Below are positions 37,087 through 47,804 of a stretch of DNA of 64,000 nt, piece by piece (within the stretch, counting starts at the first letter, position 1; each line of letters opens with the position of its first letter). The DNA is taken from positions 698 through 64,697 of the IMG/VR virus record IMGVR_UViG_3300028840_002850; one strand, 5' to 3'. The notes under the pieces are model-generated. The model made no database searches and was not told where the DNA came from. It saw nothing but the letters and a program-made list of their open reading frames with translations. Origin of the DNA: a virus. Lineage: Duplodnaviria; Caudoviricetes. A program made the position numbers and the translations under genes.

Positions 37087-38094
37087 ATGGCTAGAAAGAT
37101 TCAGACTTTCGGGAGAGCCTTTAATATATGGGGTTCTCTCAGGAAAATCACAACGGTCCTTCAACCGCTAATGAACGAAAGAGGTATGGCAGGTGAACCT
37201 GATGACCCCACCAATCCAGGTGACGATGCGCTCGAACACGACACCCCTGATGATGCTCCTGGGACTGGCGATGACAAAACTCCCGCGGTCCCAGATCAGG
37301 AACCCTCTGAGGATGCGCCCGGCGATGAGCCCGGAGCGGAACCGCCAGACAAGACCCCGGCTGATCAAACACCACCGGATGACACACCACCACCGGAAGT
37401 TGAACAGCTAAATCAGCGTATCGCGCAAATGGAAGCCGACCTGAAGCAGCAGACTGAAATGGCTCAGTTTTACGGCCAGTTCTATCAAGATCACCTTCAG
37501 GCGCAACAGCAACCGGGACAGCAGCAGCAACCGCAGCTTGGACCCGGCCAAGTGGCAGATGGCCAGCCACCGGAAGGCGTTATCAATCCCGGTGATTGGG
37601 ATTCACAGGAACATACGGCTAATTGGGTCAACCATACGGTTCAAACCCGACTTGAGCAGGGTTACCAGCAAACGGTTTTGCCAGTTTTGCAGAAGATAAC
37701 CACTGCATTGCAGGGCTTACAGCTGCATTCTGCTAAAGCCGGCAAGGATGATTGGGACGATGTTTACGGTGAGACGATGAACGAGATTTTCACAATGGGG
37801 CCTGACGGCAAGGTTCTCGGCGTGAAAAACCAGGCACTTCTCACATATTTCCAGTCTCAAGGCAACCCGTTTGAATCGATGTATGAGTACGGTCTGACCA
37901 AAAAGACGCCGGAAAAAATTAAAAAACAGGTTCAAGATCAGACCAAAAAAACTGTTGAGAAGCTTTCCAACCGCCCGAAAGGGCCAAAGCAGCCGAAAGC
38001 CGGGGAAACTCCCAAAGATTCACCCGATCTTGATTGGGATACACCCTCAAGTGAGGCTGAGAAGATTCTCGATAAAAGAGGCCTGATCGGTTGA
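37087..38094 (+). CDS. Scaffolding protein
   Basis: Acidic Pro-rich N-terminus, coiled coil, directly upstream of the capsid gene. Confidence 0.7.
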   Translation: MARKIQTFGRAFNIWGSLRKITTVLQPLMNERGMAGEPDDPTNPGDDALEHDTPDDAPGTGDDKTPAVPDQEPSEDAPGDEPGAEPPDKTPADQTPPDDTPPPEVEQLNQRIAQMEADLKQQTEMAQFYGQFYQDHLQAQQQPGQQQQPQLGPGQVADGQPPEGVINPGDWDSQEHTANWVNHTVQTRLEQGYQQTVLPVLQKITTALQGLQLHSAKAGKDDWDDVYGETMNEIFTMGPDGKVLGVKNQALLTYFQSQGNPFESMYEYGLTKKTPEKIKKQVQDQTKKTVEKLSNRPKGPKQPKAGETPKDSPDLDWDTPSSEAEKILDKRGLIG

Positions 38095-38120
38095 ACCTCA
38101 TAACTTAGGAGGTTTTTCAC

Positions 38121-39149
38121 ATGGCACTTATTCAATTTACAGGTGGTGTCAACAACAGCCACCGAGTTCAAAGATGGGCCAAAGAATTGTGGCATACCCA
38201 TCAAAGGGACCAGTTTTTCAGCGGTTTCCAGGGCAAAGGAACAAATAACATTGTCCAGCTGAAAACTGACTTTGCTAAAAAAGCCGGTTATCAGATGACC
38301 GAAGGCCTGATCATGCCGTTTGAGGGCGCAGGCGTGATCAATGACGAGCTTTTGGAAGACAACGAAGAAGCTCCCGATTTTCACAGCATGACTTGGACCA
38401 TTAGCCAGCTGAGAAATGCCGGGCGTCTGGCCGGCGAGGAAACCGAGCAGGCTGTTGAGTACAATCTGCCGGTTGAAATCAAAGACGGTCTTGGCGATTG
38501 GATGAAGGAAAAGCGCGATGAGGACATCTTTACCGCTATCGCAGCTTCATGTACCAAGATTTATTACGTCAACAGCCGGGCCGGTACGTCTACGGTAGTG
38601 GCAACCGACCTTTTAACTCTGGCCGATATTTCCAAGGCTAAAACCTATGCCAAATCAACAGCAAACCCGAAGATCCCGCCGCTCAAGATTTCTAAAGTCG
38701 GCAAAAAGACCGTGTATCGCTATCTATTCCTGATGCACGACCATGTTTCTTACGATCTTCTGATAAACGACGCTACCTATCAGCAAGCCACCAGGGAAGC
38801 GCAGCGCAGAGGCGGGGGAAATCCGCTATTCTCCGGTGCGTTGATTGATTGGGACGGCGCGATGCTGTTTGACCATGACAACTGCTCGATTTTCACCGGA
38901 TGGGGATCTGGATCTGATGTTTACGGTGCAGAGTCCTACCTGTTAGGTCGCCAGGCGGTTATCGTGGGTGTCGGCGGTTACAGAATAGCCAACAAAAACG
39001 GTTATCTGAAATGGGTCGAGAAGAAGTTCGACTATGAAAACCAGTTTGGTGTGGCCGTGGGTATCATCAAGGGAGAGGCCAAGTCAGTGTTTAATTCCAA
39101 AGACTTCTCCGTTGTTGCATATCGTTCAGCCCGTACCAACGTATCTTAA
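38121..39149 (+). CDS. Major capsid protein (N4-gp56/DUF4043-like)
   Basis: RWAKELW, LEDNEE, QLRNA, NPLFSGAL...WDG and WVEKKFDYEN. Confidence 0.85.
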   Translation: MALIQFTGGVNNSHRVQRWAKELWHTHQRDQFFSGFQGKGTNNIVQLKTDFAKKAGYQMTEGLIMPFEGAGVINDELLEDNEEAPDFHSMTWTISQLRNAGRLAGEETEQAVEYNLPVEIKDGLGDWMKEKRDEDIFTAIAASCTKIYYVNSRAGTSTVVATDLLTLADISKAKTYAKSTANPKIPPLKISKVGKKTVYRYLFLMHDHVSYDLLINDATYQQATREAQRRGGGNPLFSGALIDWDGAMLFDHDNCSIFTGWGSGSDVYGAESYLLGRQAVIVGVGGYRIANKNGYLKWVEKKFDYENQFGVAVGIIKGEAKSVFNSKDFSVVAYRSARTNVS

Positions 39150-39177
39150 ACCCTAATGGGAATAAGGAGATAAAACC

Positions 39178-40083
39178 ATGAGCGGAGATAAAAACATATC
39201 TCGGGAGGCTCCAACTCCTGATGAGGGTAAAATCCTCAATAGTTTCAAAAGGCTGGGAAAGGATAGGTTTCTTGAATTTATATCCGATCCCGAAAAACTC
39301 AATGCAGTCAAAACTGCTTCTGAGGAAACTCGGAAGGAATTTGATGACAAATGTGTAAAGATGAGTATTACAGATCCCTTTAATCGCACCTTCGCACCGG
39401 GTTCTATGGCTCAAAAGGCTCCCGCGACTATCAAAGAGCGTGACAAGAGCGGTCCACCTAAAATTCCCGAAAGCCAGGATGTCGAATATCTCAACTATCA
39501 GGAAATCACGGTGGAAGACGAGATTAACACGCTTCGAGAGCGTTTAGTGGAAGCCCCGGAACTGGGTAATAGCGCCAATTGCTTTATCGAGCGTTGCATG
39601 GGCCGCAACCCCGAAACCAACAAGCTGATGGTGGTGCGTATCCCGGCTAAAGCAGAAAAGATCCTGCCCGGCCAGGTCATGCGGTATCTTGGAAACGTGG
39701 TTATGGACTTAAACTCGGTTCATACCGGCAATATCGTGTTCCAGCGCAGGCGCTTCGGGTACGTCTTTGATCGGTTTTTCTATCACAACAACAAGAAATT
39801 AACCCGTTGCTGCATGGTTGAAGACCGAATTCATCAGGCGGGGTTGATGTATGAGAAATTCGTGCATCGGAAATCCCAGAAAGCAATGGCCCGGATTAGA
39901 AGGATACCGGGACAGGGAGATGCGCCGATGTACGAAGTAGTTGGAGCGAAAGAAACCGACTACCGGGATTTGAAGCGTCTGTATGAAAGGCATTTTCTCA
40001 ATCGCAGCGACCGTATCGTTGTTGACGATCCGGCTTTTACGAAACTCATTGAGGGTGCAATGCCCTTAATCCCAACTGAATAA
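39178..40083 (+). CDS. Hypothetical protein
   Basis: 301 aa, strong RBS. Confidence 0.6.
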   Translation: MSGDKNISREAPTPDEGKILNSFKRLGKDRFLEFISDPEKLNAVKTASEETRKEFDDKCVKMSITDPFNRTFAPGSMAQKAPATIKERDKSGPPKIPESQDVEYLNYQEITVEDEINTLRERLVEAPELGNSANCFIERCMGRNPETNKLMVVRIPAKAEKILPGQVMRYLGNVVMDLNSVHTGNIVFQRRRFGYVFDRFFYHNNKKLTRCCMVEDRIHQAGLMYEKFVHRKSQKAMARIRRIPGQGDAPMYEVVGAKETDYRDLKRLYERHFLNRSDRIVVDDPAFTKLIEGAMPLIPTE

Positions 40084-40095
40084 GGAGATTTTAAT

Positions 40096-40356
40096 ATGGC
40101 AGACATTAATCTGACCAGCAGCACCGCAAACCTGGTCTACTTGAAAGCAAAACTGAAAGAAACCGGGATCGGGCAACAGGAACTTGCTGCGGCCATTTAT
40201 AATCTAACCCAGGCGGTCTATGCCATCTGTAACAATCTGGATGAAGATTCAGGGACTCTGGGTACTGATTATCTGGCTAAAATCGGCACTCCACTGGCAA
40301 GCGCACAGTACACATCGCTGGTGGCAAAGCCTCACGGCAAGACAACTGCGGCCTAA
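40096..40356 (+). CDS. Hypothetical virion-region protein
   Basis: RBS AGGAG. Confidence 0.55.
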   Translation: MADINLTSSTANLVYLKAKLKETGIGQQELAAAIYNLTQAVYAICNNLDEDSGTLGTDYLAKIGTPLASAQYTSLVAKPHGKTTAA

Positions 40357-40401
40357 AACCGGTATAAACTTAAACAACTAAACGTATCAAGGAGATTTAT
40401 A

Positions 40402-41262
40402 ATGAAGAAACTTTTTACTTTTCTTACAGTCTTTTTGGTTTTAGCTGCATTTTGTGTAGCTCCGGCTGACGCCGCAGTGCAACATTTTATAGCTAAAGTT
40501 TACAAACAGACAACTGAACGAGCCGACCAGCTGACTGAGATTACCTCCAATATCACCTATCAGGTCTTGGCGACTGATTCTGACACGGAGGAAACTCTTT
40601 ACAGCGACACGGCTTTAACCTCAAAAACCAACGCGGTCACGACAACGGTGTTTAACACCCAGGACCGGATTGATTTTTACTGCGACCCGACCGATAGCGG
40701 AGATGTGCAGGTTGATTTAGTCGTTACGCATACAGACGGTGGGTTTTCGGTATTTGTCGAGGATTTTGATATTTACACCCATAGCATCGTCATCGATGAG
40801 AGGCCCAATATCCTGCATCATGGCATGGTGCTTTTTGAAGATGCCGATGGCGCTTCAACCGATACCGGTGTGGATTTTCTGCCCGATACAGTCATTTTCA
40901 ACATGGCTGTCGAGGTCGTTACCATTGATAACGGCCAGGTCATCGATATTGAGACAGCCGATACCGCCAATGGTTTTGCGGTAGCTGTCCCGATGACAAC
41001 CGCGGGTTATTACTGGATCGGCAAGCCGACTATCACTGCCGGTGGAACTGAAACCTATGTTTCCACCGCTGCCTATGCCGGTTCGTTGATGGGAAGCTCG
41101 CTGGCTGGCGCAAACACCGCCACCGATGAGGGTTCTTCCTATCTGTGGCCTCATACTGTCATAACTTCCGGGACTGACGATGATCTGTATTTCGACACAG
41201 ACGCCAGTTCTGGTTTTGCGGCAACCGGATATATTCATTACTTTTTTATCCGTATGAGATAA
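40402..41262 (+). CDS. Virion-region protein with signal peptide (decoration-like)
   Basis: MKKLFTFLTVFLVLAAFCVAPADA; beta-rich body. Confidence 0.6.
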   Translation: MKKLFTFLTVFLVLAAFCVAPADAAVQHFIAKVYKQTTERADQLTEITSNITYQVLATDSDTEETLYSDTALTSKTNAVTTTVFNTQDRIDFYCDPTDSGDVQVDLVVTHTDGGFSVFVEDFDIYTHSIVIDERPNILHHGMVLFEDADGASTDTGVDFLPDTVIFNMAVEVVTIDNGQVIDIETADTANGFAVAVPMTTAGYYWIGKPTITAGGTETYVSTAAYAGSLMGSSLAGANTATDEGSSYLWPHTVITSGTDDDLYFDTDASSGFAATGYIHYFFIRMR

Positions 41263-41266
41263 CCGA

Positions 41267-41596
41267 TTGAAACTACGCAACAAACGGTACAGTGTCAGCA
41301 GATGGCTTTTGTTCCTGGCGCTGGCCTGTACCGTTTTTCTCGGATTCTATATCGGTCATTATGAAGTGGACCGGAAGCCAACCCCGAGAAGCCTGTTAAA
41401 CCTCGGGGGCAGTTACCTTGAATCCGGCGATATGCTGAATGCTTTAAAGTATTGGCGAATATGTGCTCTTTACAACGAGATTTACGGCACCAATTATGAT
41501 TACGATACCTATCCAGAGGGTAAGTATATAAAAACATGCCGTGATAATCTTTCGCACATAATTGTAAACGAACCACTTTTGAGGCGTGGTAAATGA
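41267..41596 (+). CDS. Membrane protein, TPR-like
   Basis: TM segment then LLNLGGSYLESGDMLNALKYW. Confidence 0.45.
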   Translation: MKLRNKRYSVSRWLLFLALACTVFLGFYIGHYEVDRKPTPRSLLNLGGSYLESGDMLNALKYWRICALYNEIYGTNYDYDTYPEGKYIKTCRDNLSHIIVNEPLLRRGK

Positions 41597-43896
41597 AAAA
41601 ATATATTATCCTATCTGTTCTTTTTATTTTACTTCTCGCGGCCAGTGTCGGCATTTCCGTCACTATCACAAAGGGTTTAATCGGAAAGCAGGATTTATCC
41701 CTTTGGAACGGCACTTCAACCAAGACCTTCACCCGCACCACTGAAGACAGCTACACTTTGACCTTAAATCAGTTCGATTGGGTTGGGGTTGATGTGCTTC
41801 AAAAATTTGGCGGTGGGGTAAGCCGAACCGATACGACCATTACCTCTGCCAAGGGAACCGTGGGTTCGTCAAATGATGTTGCGTTGTGGTTTTCTCCCGG
41901 TACCTGGACGATTACCGATGATTTAACCATTACTTCAAATATTACGATGGTTTTGCCCCCGGGAACTGTGTTTTCCATTACTGCTGGAAAGACGTTGACA
42001 ATTAATGGGCCGTTTAAGTCGGGTTTGTATCAGGTGTTTTCGGGTAGCGGGTCGGTTGCGTTCGGTAATTTTGTCAAAAAAGTATATCCCGAATGGTGGG
42101 GAGAGAACACGACTCCCGGCACAACAGATATGACAGCGGAAATACAGGCAGCTATTGACTCAGTAGGGGACGACGCTATTACTTATTTCTCACCTACATC
42201 CTATTTGATTTCAGATGTTATTGATGTCGATCAGGGATCTAATGTCTCCCTAATAGGTGAAAGCGGTGCAGAAATAATTTTATCCGTTGCTGACAAAGAC
42301 GGATTTAATATCACCCAAAATAATGTAACTGTCAGAAACCTAACAATGGAGGGAGAGGGGACTTATGTCACTTCTGGAAGTTCTGGCAAATCTCTTATTG
42401 TTACAAGTGGTGATCATACAATAATTAGAGATTGTTATCTGAAAGAACCAGAGCAAAGAGGGATTGAGATAACTGGTGATTATGCAGTAATAGAAGATAA
42501 TGTTATAGAGGGTGGTGACTATTTTGCTGATGCGGGTGCAATTGGTTCAGACAGACAGCATTACGGTATTTACCTTGCGAGTGGAGCCGATTATGCGAAA
42601 ATTACAGGTAATAAAATTATCCCCAACTCAGATGCCAATGCAGGGGTTGTTATTCAAGGAATTACAAACTCAAGTTATGCTCAAGATGCGCGAGTACAAA
42701 ACAACTATGTTAAAAATGCTTGGGATCATGGAATTTATTTAGTTGTTGAAAACTCCGTGATTTCCCAAAATGTTGTTGTGGGATGTGGAATAAAGACTGG
42801 GATGAGGGTATCGGGCACTTCTGTTAAGGGAAATGTTATTTCTGGGAACAGTGTGGACGTTAATGATCTTACTCGTCCTCTGGCGGGGGATGATGGGATT
42901 ATTTTAATTAACCCTAAATGGACGGTGGTTATAAACAATACTGTACGAAGAACAGCTGATTCGGGAATCGCTGTAAGTTGTGCGAGTCCCTATGTGGTAT
43001 CTCATAATTCCATTGTCGGTAATGTGATAGATAATGTGAGAGACGGCGCTGGATCGGATTCAGCAGGAATAGGGATAGACGATAGCAATATTACTATTTT
43101 CGCTCACAATGTTATATCGGGAAATGTCATATCTGACATAGGAGATGACACTGATGGTACACAGGCGGCTATTTATATAAATGTCGCGGATAATGCCAAC
43201 CATATAGGTAATGTGATTACAGGTAACACCATAGATACCTCGCAGGAAAATGGTATTTACGCAAAACATCTAACGGGATCTATTATTGGCAATAATATTT
43301 TTTACGATGTCGGGCAGGGAGCAGCATCAGCAGCTATTGAGGTTGACGATCTTCAAAGGTCTAGAGTGGAAGGTAACATAACCTATGGAGATGGGTCAAC
43401 ACTAAGCTATGGATATACGGAGACCAACTCGGATTATAATATTATTGATGGAAATACTTTTTATAACCCAGCTACGGCGATGATAAAAACAAGTGAATTC
43501 GGTTCTAATTCATCTGCAAGAAATAACTCATTGGGCAATGGGGATATTAGTGTTGATTCAACAGCAGATGCGCGGAGCATTCTCTACGGAGATTTAAATA
43601 AGAGTGTTCATTTAAGAGATCCCAACGGAGCGAGTAGGACAGATACAACAGACACGGCAGCTAATATTAATGCCCAATTACTTTTTAACGATGGAGCCAG
43701 CTTTGAAATTATCTATATAAACACTGGCGGTGCTGGTGAAACGATCACAATTGCCGGTGGAAGCAATGTTACTATTTACAATAATGAGGGAGCAGCCGAT
43801 TTGGTTATTCCCGCACAAAGCGGAGCGAGATTAATTTTTATTAGAGATTCTTCTACAACCGTCCGAGTGTTTGGGACGGTATTTGAGGCTGCATAA
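41593..43896 (+). CDS. Tailspike/depolymerase with pectin-lyase-like beta-helix
   Basis: YPEWWG...DMTAEIQAAID motif followed by many ISGN/ITGN repeats; signal-like N-terminus. Confidence 0.8.
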   Translation: MKKYIILSVLFILLLAASVGISVTITKGLIGKQDLSLWNGTSTKTFTRTTEDSYTLTLNQFDWVGVDVLQKFGGGVSRTDTTITSAKGTVGSSNDVALWFSPGTWTITDDLTITSNITMVLPPGTVFSITAGKTLTINGPFKSGLYQVFSGSGSVAFGNFVKKVYPEWWGENTTPGTTDMTAEIQAAIDSVGDDAITYFSPTSYLISDVIDVDQGSNVSLIGESGAEIILSVADKDGFNITQNNVTVRNLTMEGEGTYVTSGSSGKSLIVTSGDHTIIRDCYLKEPEQRGIEITGDYAVIEDNVIEGGDYFADAGAIGSDRQHYGIYLASGADYAKITGNKIIPNSDANAGVVIQGITNSSYAQDARVQNNYVKNAWDHGIYLVVENSVISQNVVVGCGIKTGMRVSGTSVKGNVISGNSVDVNDLTRPLAGDDGIILINPKWTVVINNTVRRTADSGIAVSCASPYVVSHNSIVGNVIDNVRDGAGSDSAGIGIDDSNITIFAHNVISGNVISDIGDDTDGTQAAIYINVADNANHIGNVITGNTIDTSQENGIYAKHLTGSIIGNNIFYDVGQGAASAAIEVDDLQRSRVEGNITYGDGSTLSYGYTETNSDYNIIDGNTFYNPATAMIKTSEFGSNSSARNNSLGNGDISVDSTADARSILYGDLNKSVHLRDPNGASRTDTTDTAANINAQLLFNDGASFEIIYINTGGAGETITIAGGSNVTIYNNEGAADLVIPAQSGARLIFIRDSSTTVRVFGTVFEAA

Positions 43897-44961
43897 ATGC
43901 CAATTCAACCACAGCAAACAGGACTTTACGAGGGCTTGATCCTTTCTGATTTAAAAAACAGATCGCTGGACCGGCTGAAAATCGCCCGGGGGAACTATGA
44001 CCGGTACTCTGCGGCTACCATATTAGACGCTCTAATCGACTCTGAAGTTGAAGCGGCTAGACTTACTAAATGTATTCGCTCGTTTGCGTTTATCGTTTTA
44101 AAAGAAGGTTACGCTCAATACCGGCCACCGAGCAACTTCTTAATGCTCGATAAGGTCTTTTTTTACAAATCCAATACCAATTATTACGAACTTAAACAAA
44201 AAACACGCCGATGGCTGGACAAGCATAAAAGAGGATGGCGAACCGTTACCGGCGACTCGCTGATCACGTTTCCGGGCGATAATTACGGTAACATGCGGAA
44301 AATAGGGGTTTATCCAACTCCTGACACGGACTCCGGATTTGAGATCGACCCTGACACCGGGGCTTACGAGAGGTCTTCGGCTGGGGCTCCTTCGGGTAAT
44401 GTCTCAGGGGCCAACGAGGCCGCACACGCCACTATCTGCACAAAAGCCGCGGGGGATTTTATCAACAACGGTGTCCAGGTCGGCATGATGGCGCTAAACG
44501 TCACAGACGGCAGTTCGGGCCAGATATCAGCTGTTTCCTCAACTACTTTCACCGTAACCTTAACCGGGGGAACAAATAACACCTGGGCGCTCGGAGACAG
44601 CTTCACGATTCTGGCTGGTGAGTACGGTGTGGTCACAGATTGGGATACGGATGAATCATATGTATTTACAACCGATTATGGGGTAATGACCGGTATTACG
44701 AATGAAAACAACCTTTACGTCGAATATTTCAGGCGTCCGATACCATTGCAGTATGACGGTCAATACCCCGAAATTCCACCTGAACTGCATCAATATCTGC
44801 CCGATAATGTTGTTTATCTTTTAAAAAGAAACGCCCCGAAGGGTTCGGGGGATTACAATGAGGCGGTTATCGGCCGGCAGGCGTTTTTAAACGGCATTTT
44901 TGGCTACGACGACCTTGACGACAGCATGGAAGATGATGTCGCAATGGATTGGAGCTTATAA
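43897..44961 (+). CDS. Head-tail adaptor-like protein
   Basis: Position; KIGVYPTPD and YPEIPPELHQYL motifs. Confidence 0.55.
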   Translation: MPIQPQQTGLYEGLILSDLKNRSLDRLKIARGNYDRYSAATILDALIDSEVEAARLTKCIRSFAFIVLKEGYAQYRPPSNFLMLDKVFFYKSNTNYYELKQKTRRWLDKHKRGWRTVTGDSLITFPGDNYGNMRKIGVYPTPDTDSGFEIDPDTGAYERSSAGAPSGNVSGANEAAHATICTKAAGDFINNGVQVGMMALNVTDGSSGQISAVSSTTFTVTLTGGTNNTWALGDSFTILAGEYGVVTDWDTDESYVFTTDYGVMTGITNENNLYVEYFRRPIPLQYDGQYPEIPPELHQYLPDNVVYLLKRNAPKGSGDYNEAVIGRQAFLNGIFGYDDLDDSMEDDVAMDWSL

Positions 44962-44972
44962 GGAGAATATTC

Positions 44973-45239
44973 ATGGCGAAAGGACTAAATTTAGTCAGCA
45001 CAAACATTCGTGAATGGCGCGGCACTGTAAACGACCCGGGAGACGACGCAACCTTGAAGATTCTGGTAGAGGTAAATGATGATACCGGTGCGTATGTGAA
45101 GTCTACGAGTTTAAATTGCAGATTCACCACCTTACCGGCTCAAGCGAAAGCCGCATTGAATAATTTCCTGCGCCTTATGAGCAGGGAAATCAATAACGAT
45201 TTGGTAGAAGAAGACTCTATTACGTGGTCTGATCTATAA
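44973..45239 (+). CDS. Hypothetical virion-region protein
   Basis: RBS AGGAG. Confidence 0.5.
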   Translation: MAKGLNLVSTNIREWRGTVNDPGDDATLKILVEVNDDTGAYVKSTSLNCRFTTLPAQAKAALNNFLRLMSREINNDLVEEDSITWSDL

Positions 45240-45242
45240 AAA

Positions 45243-46946
45243 ATGCCGAAGGATCTCATACCGATAAGGTTAGTTGGCGGGATTAACAATCGCCATACGC
45301 CGATTGATCTTTTCCTGATGGGCAAAGGCGATCTGGTTGATCTTGTCAACGCCGACACCACTTATTACGGTGAAATTCGTCCTTTACGGCCCCTGACGGC
45401 GCTAAATGCAACCGCTGAATCAAGTGCAATACACAGTTTGTTCAGGGCGAATTCGGTTCTTTTAGTTGGCACCAGCACCACCTTGAAGTATCTAAACGGC
45501 ACGGCTTTAACCACTCTTTTATCCAGCCTTGCCAGTGCGAATATGTCTTTTGCTCATGCCGGGAATTGGGTGTTTTTCGGAGAGGGCACAAATAAAGGGG
45601 CGGTATATACGACAACTCCAGTGGGAACCGATTGGGGTCTTGCAATCCCGGCAGCTGGGCCGACAACCGCGACCGGGGCTGCTGGCAACCCTGACGGGAC
45701 TTACACGTGTTATTACCGCTATCGAATTACCCTGCCGGATGGCACGGTGATTCTTACGGCTCTGTCAACGGTGTCCTCTCAGATTTCACCGTCAGCGCAG
45801 AAAATTTCATGGTCTGATATTGTTCACGCTTCTTTTACCGGCGCAACCTCTGTGCAGGTTGATCTTTTTCGCACTTATACCGGGGCCGGGGGAACTTATC
45901 TCGTTGCTACACTGGACGAAGGCACGACAACCTACACCGATGATTTAAGCGATGCCGATCTGATCACCCAGACGGCATACGCAGAGACAGGATACTGGCC
46001 ACCGCCCTCTAACCCTTCGATAGTCCGGTATCATCCCGGCGCTGACAGGGTGTTTGCCGCGGTTGACAATGCTTTATATTGGAGCGAGGCCGCAAAGTAT
46101 CACACATTTTTATACGACGAGGACGCCAGCGAGTACACCAATATAAACGATGTGTTTCTATCGGGGGAAGATATCACGGCATTGGAAATGCTCGATGAGC
46201 AGATGTATATCGGCTCCCCGAACACGTGGAGAAGGTTAAAGGGGACTGATCCTGATTCGTGGTCATTCGAGGACACCAGCGCCAGCAAGGGGCCGGTATC
46301 CAAAAGGGCAACTGTAAGAACCCGTTGGGGTTTAATCTATCCTGGAAATGACGGCCGTATGTGGCTGTTTAACGGTTTTGACGCAGTTCCGTTTTTAGAA
46401 CGGTTTGTGTTCGACACTGACCCTGATTCCACCTGTCACGCGACTTTCGACGGAAGATTCTACCGGTTATTTTACGGCGACAGCACATATCCCGAACTGG
46501 TGATCGATCTTTACGGTTTTCCCGAGATTTCTCCGAGGGCTATCAAGAGTACCAGGGATGCAGAGGCGTCTTTCTACGACAACCACAATGATGAATTTTA
46601 TCTTGGCGATTCAGATGGTTATGTGAGAAACAGTGCGGATACCGACGAGTCGGTGACTATTACAATAGAAACTCCTGAAATTCCAGTGGAAGATTTAACC
46701 CGATTCGGTGATATGGCCAAGCTGGTTTTAAGATGCGATACCGATAGTTCCGATTTAACCGTAACCCCGAAACGCGATGGTGTCTCGGGCAGTGCGCTTA
46801 CGGCTATAAACAATTCTGCCTTGACATTCGAGCACGTTCCGCTTGACTTGAACATATCGCATACACTGTCTTTCATTCTGAGCATTACATCAAGCGGGTC
46901 GGTGCTAATCAGAGATCCGCTTCTAATCGGCAAGGAAGATGGGTAA
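45243..46946 (+). CDS. Tail nozzle/stabilization protein (P22 gp10-like)
   Basis: GGINN start, LYWSE, beta-propeller-like repeats; position. Confidence 0.6.
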   Translation: MPKDLIPIRLVGGINNRHTPIDLFLMGKGDLVDLVNADTTYYGEIRPLRPLTALNATAESSAIHSLFRANSVLLVGTSTTLKYLNGTALTTLLSSLASANMSFAHAGNWVFFGEGTNKGAVYTTTPVGTDWGLAIPAAGPTTATGAAGNPDGTYTCYYRYRITLPDGTVILTALSTVSSQISPSAQKISWSDIVHASFTGATSVQVDLFRTYTGAGGTYLVATLDEGTTTYTDDLSDADLITQTAYAETGYWPPPSNPSIVRYHPGADRVFAAVDNALYWSEAAKYHTFLYDEDASEYTNINDVFLSGEDITALEMLDEQMYIGSPNTWRRLKGTDPDSWSFEDTSASKGPVSKRATVRTRWGLIYPGNDGRMWLFNGFDAVPFLERFVFDTDPDSTCHATFDGRFYRLFYGDSTYPELVIDLYGFPEISPRAIKSTRDAEASFYDNHNDEFYLGDSDGYVRNSADTDESVTITIETPEIPVEDLTRFGDMAKLVLRCDTDSSDLTVTPKRDGVSGSALTAINNSALTFEHVPLDLNISHTLSFILSITSSGSVLIRDPLLIGKEDG

Positions 46947-47217
46947 ACACTGGAAATATCAGGATACCGGCAACGGGGTTGCCAATATATTTTGCCCGAC
47001 TTTAACAGAAGCCAGGGTTGATAGCTTTACGGTTAAAAAGGAAATATATAAAGAATTTCAGGTATTTGAGAGAAAACTCAGAGAGAAATTTTCCGGGTGG
47101 GTTTCCTGGACTGAGTTACAAAACGATCATATCATGCTGTTTTGCGCCAAGAGTGGTGCGAAGCCGTTTGACATAGATATAAAAACCAAGCGCATTTGGT
47201 TTTATAAAAAATTTTAG
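46939..47217 (+). CDS. Small tail-assembly protein (GNAT-like position)
   Basis: Between the nozzle and ejection genes. Confidence 0.4.
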   Translation: MGKHWKYQDTGNGVANIFCPTLTEARVDSFTVKKEIYKEFQVFERKLREKFSGWVSWTELQNDHIMLFCAKSGAKPFDIDIKTKRIWFYKKF

Positions 47218-47226
47218 GAGGTAGTT

Positions 47227-47802
47227 ATGTGTGGTCCAGATGGTGGCGGCGGCGGTGCTGGTGGAGGGTTTGGTTTGTCTAACCCCGATTCAGCCGCTTT
47301 GGCTCTTGCAGGGGCTTCCCCTCAAGATATTGGAATGATGGGCGGCAACCCGGCTGCAACAGGTATGCCCGGTACTCCGGGAATGGATATCGGTGGCCAG
47401 GAGGGTGGTGTCGGTAAAATACTTAAAAAGGGGTTGACAGGTGCAGCGGCTGGCGCACAGCTGGGTACAGGTTTGGGCTTGCTTAATCCAACATTAGCTG
47501 TTCCCGGCATGATCGGCGGTGGCATTCTCGGCGGGGGAATTGGTATGCTATCGGATATGGAGATGGGTAATATGTCTGCCCCACAACCCATGTCGCCGGG
47601 CGGTCCAGTAGGTGGCCAACACCCTGAAGCGGCACCGATGCGTCCTTTTTCACCAATGCCGGTACCGCCCCCGGTTGATCAAGTAACGGCTCCGGGGTTT
47701 CCATCACCACAACCGGTTCCGGGGCAATATACAAACAGATTAACCGGGCAGGCTCTAACTCCCGAAGAATTCTTTAACCTCTTATCAATGGCGAGGCAAT
47801 AA
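47227..47802 (+). CDS. Internal virion/ejection protein
   Basis: MCG start; Gly-zipper hydrophobic segment. Confidence 0.55.
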   Translation: MCGPDGGGGGAGGGFGLSNPDSAALALAGASPQDIGMMGGNPAATGMPGTPGMDIGGQEGGVGKILKKGLTGAAAGAQLGTGLGLLNPTLAVPGMIGGGILGGGIGMLSDMEMGNMSAPQPMSPGGPVGGQHPEAAPMRPFSPMPVPPPVDQVTAPGFPSPQPVPGQYTNRLTGQALTPEEFFNLLSMARQ

Positions 47803-47804
47803 TT

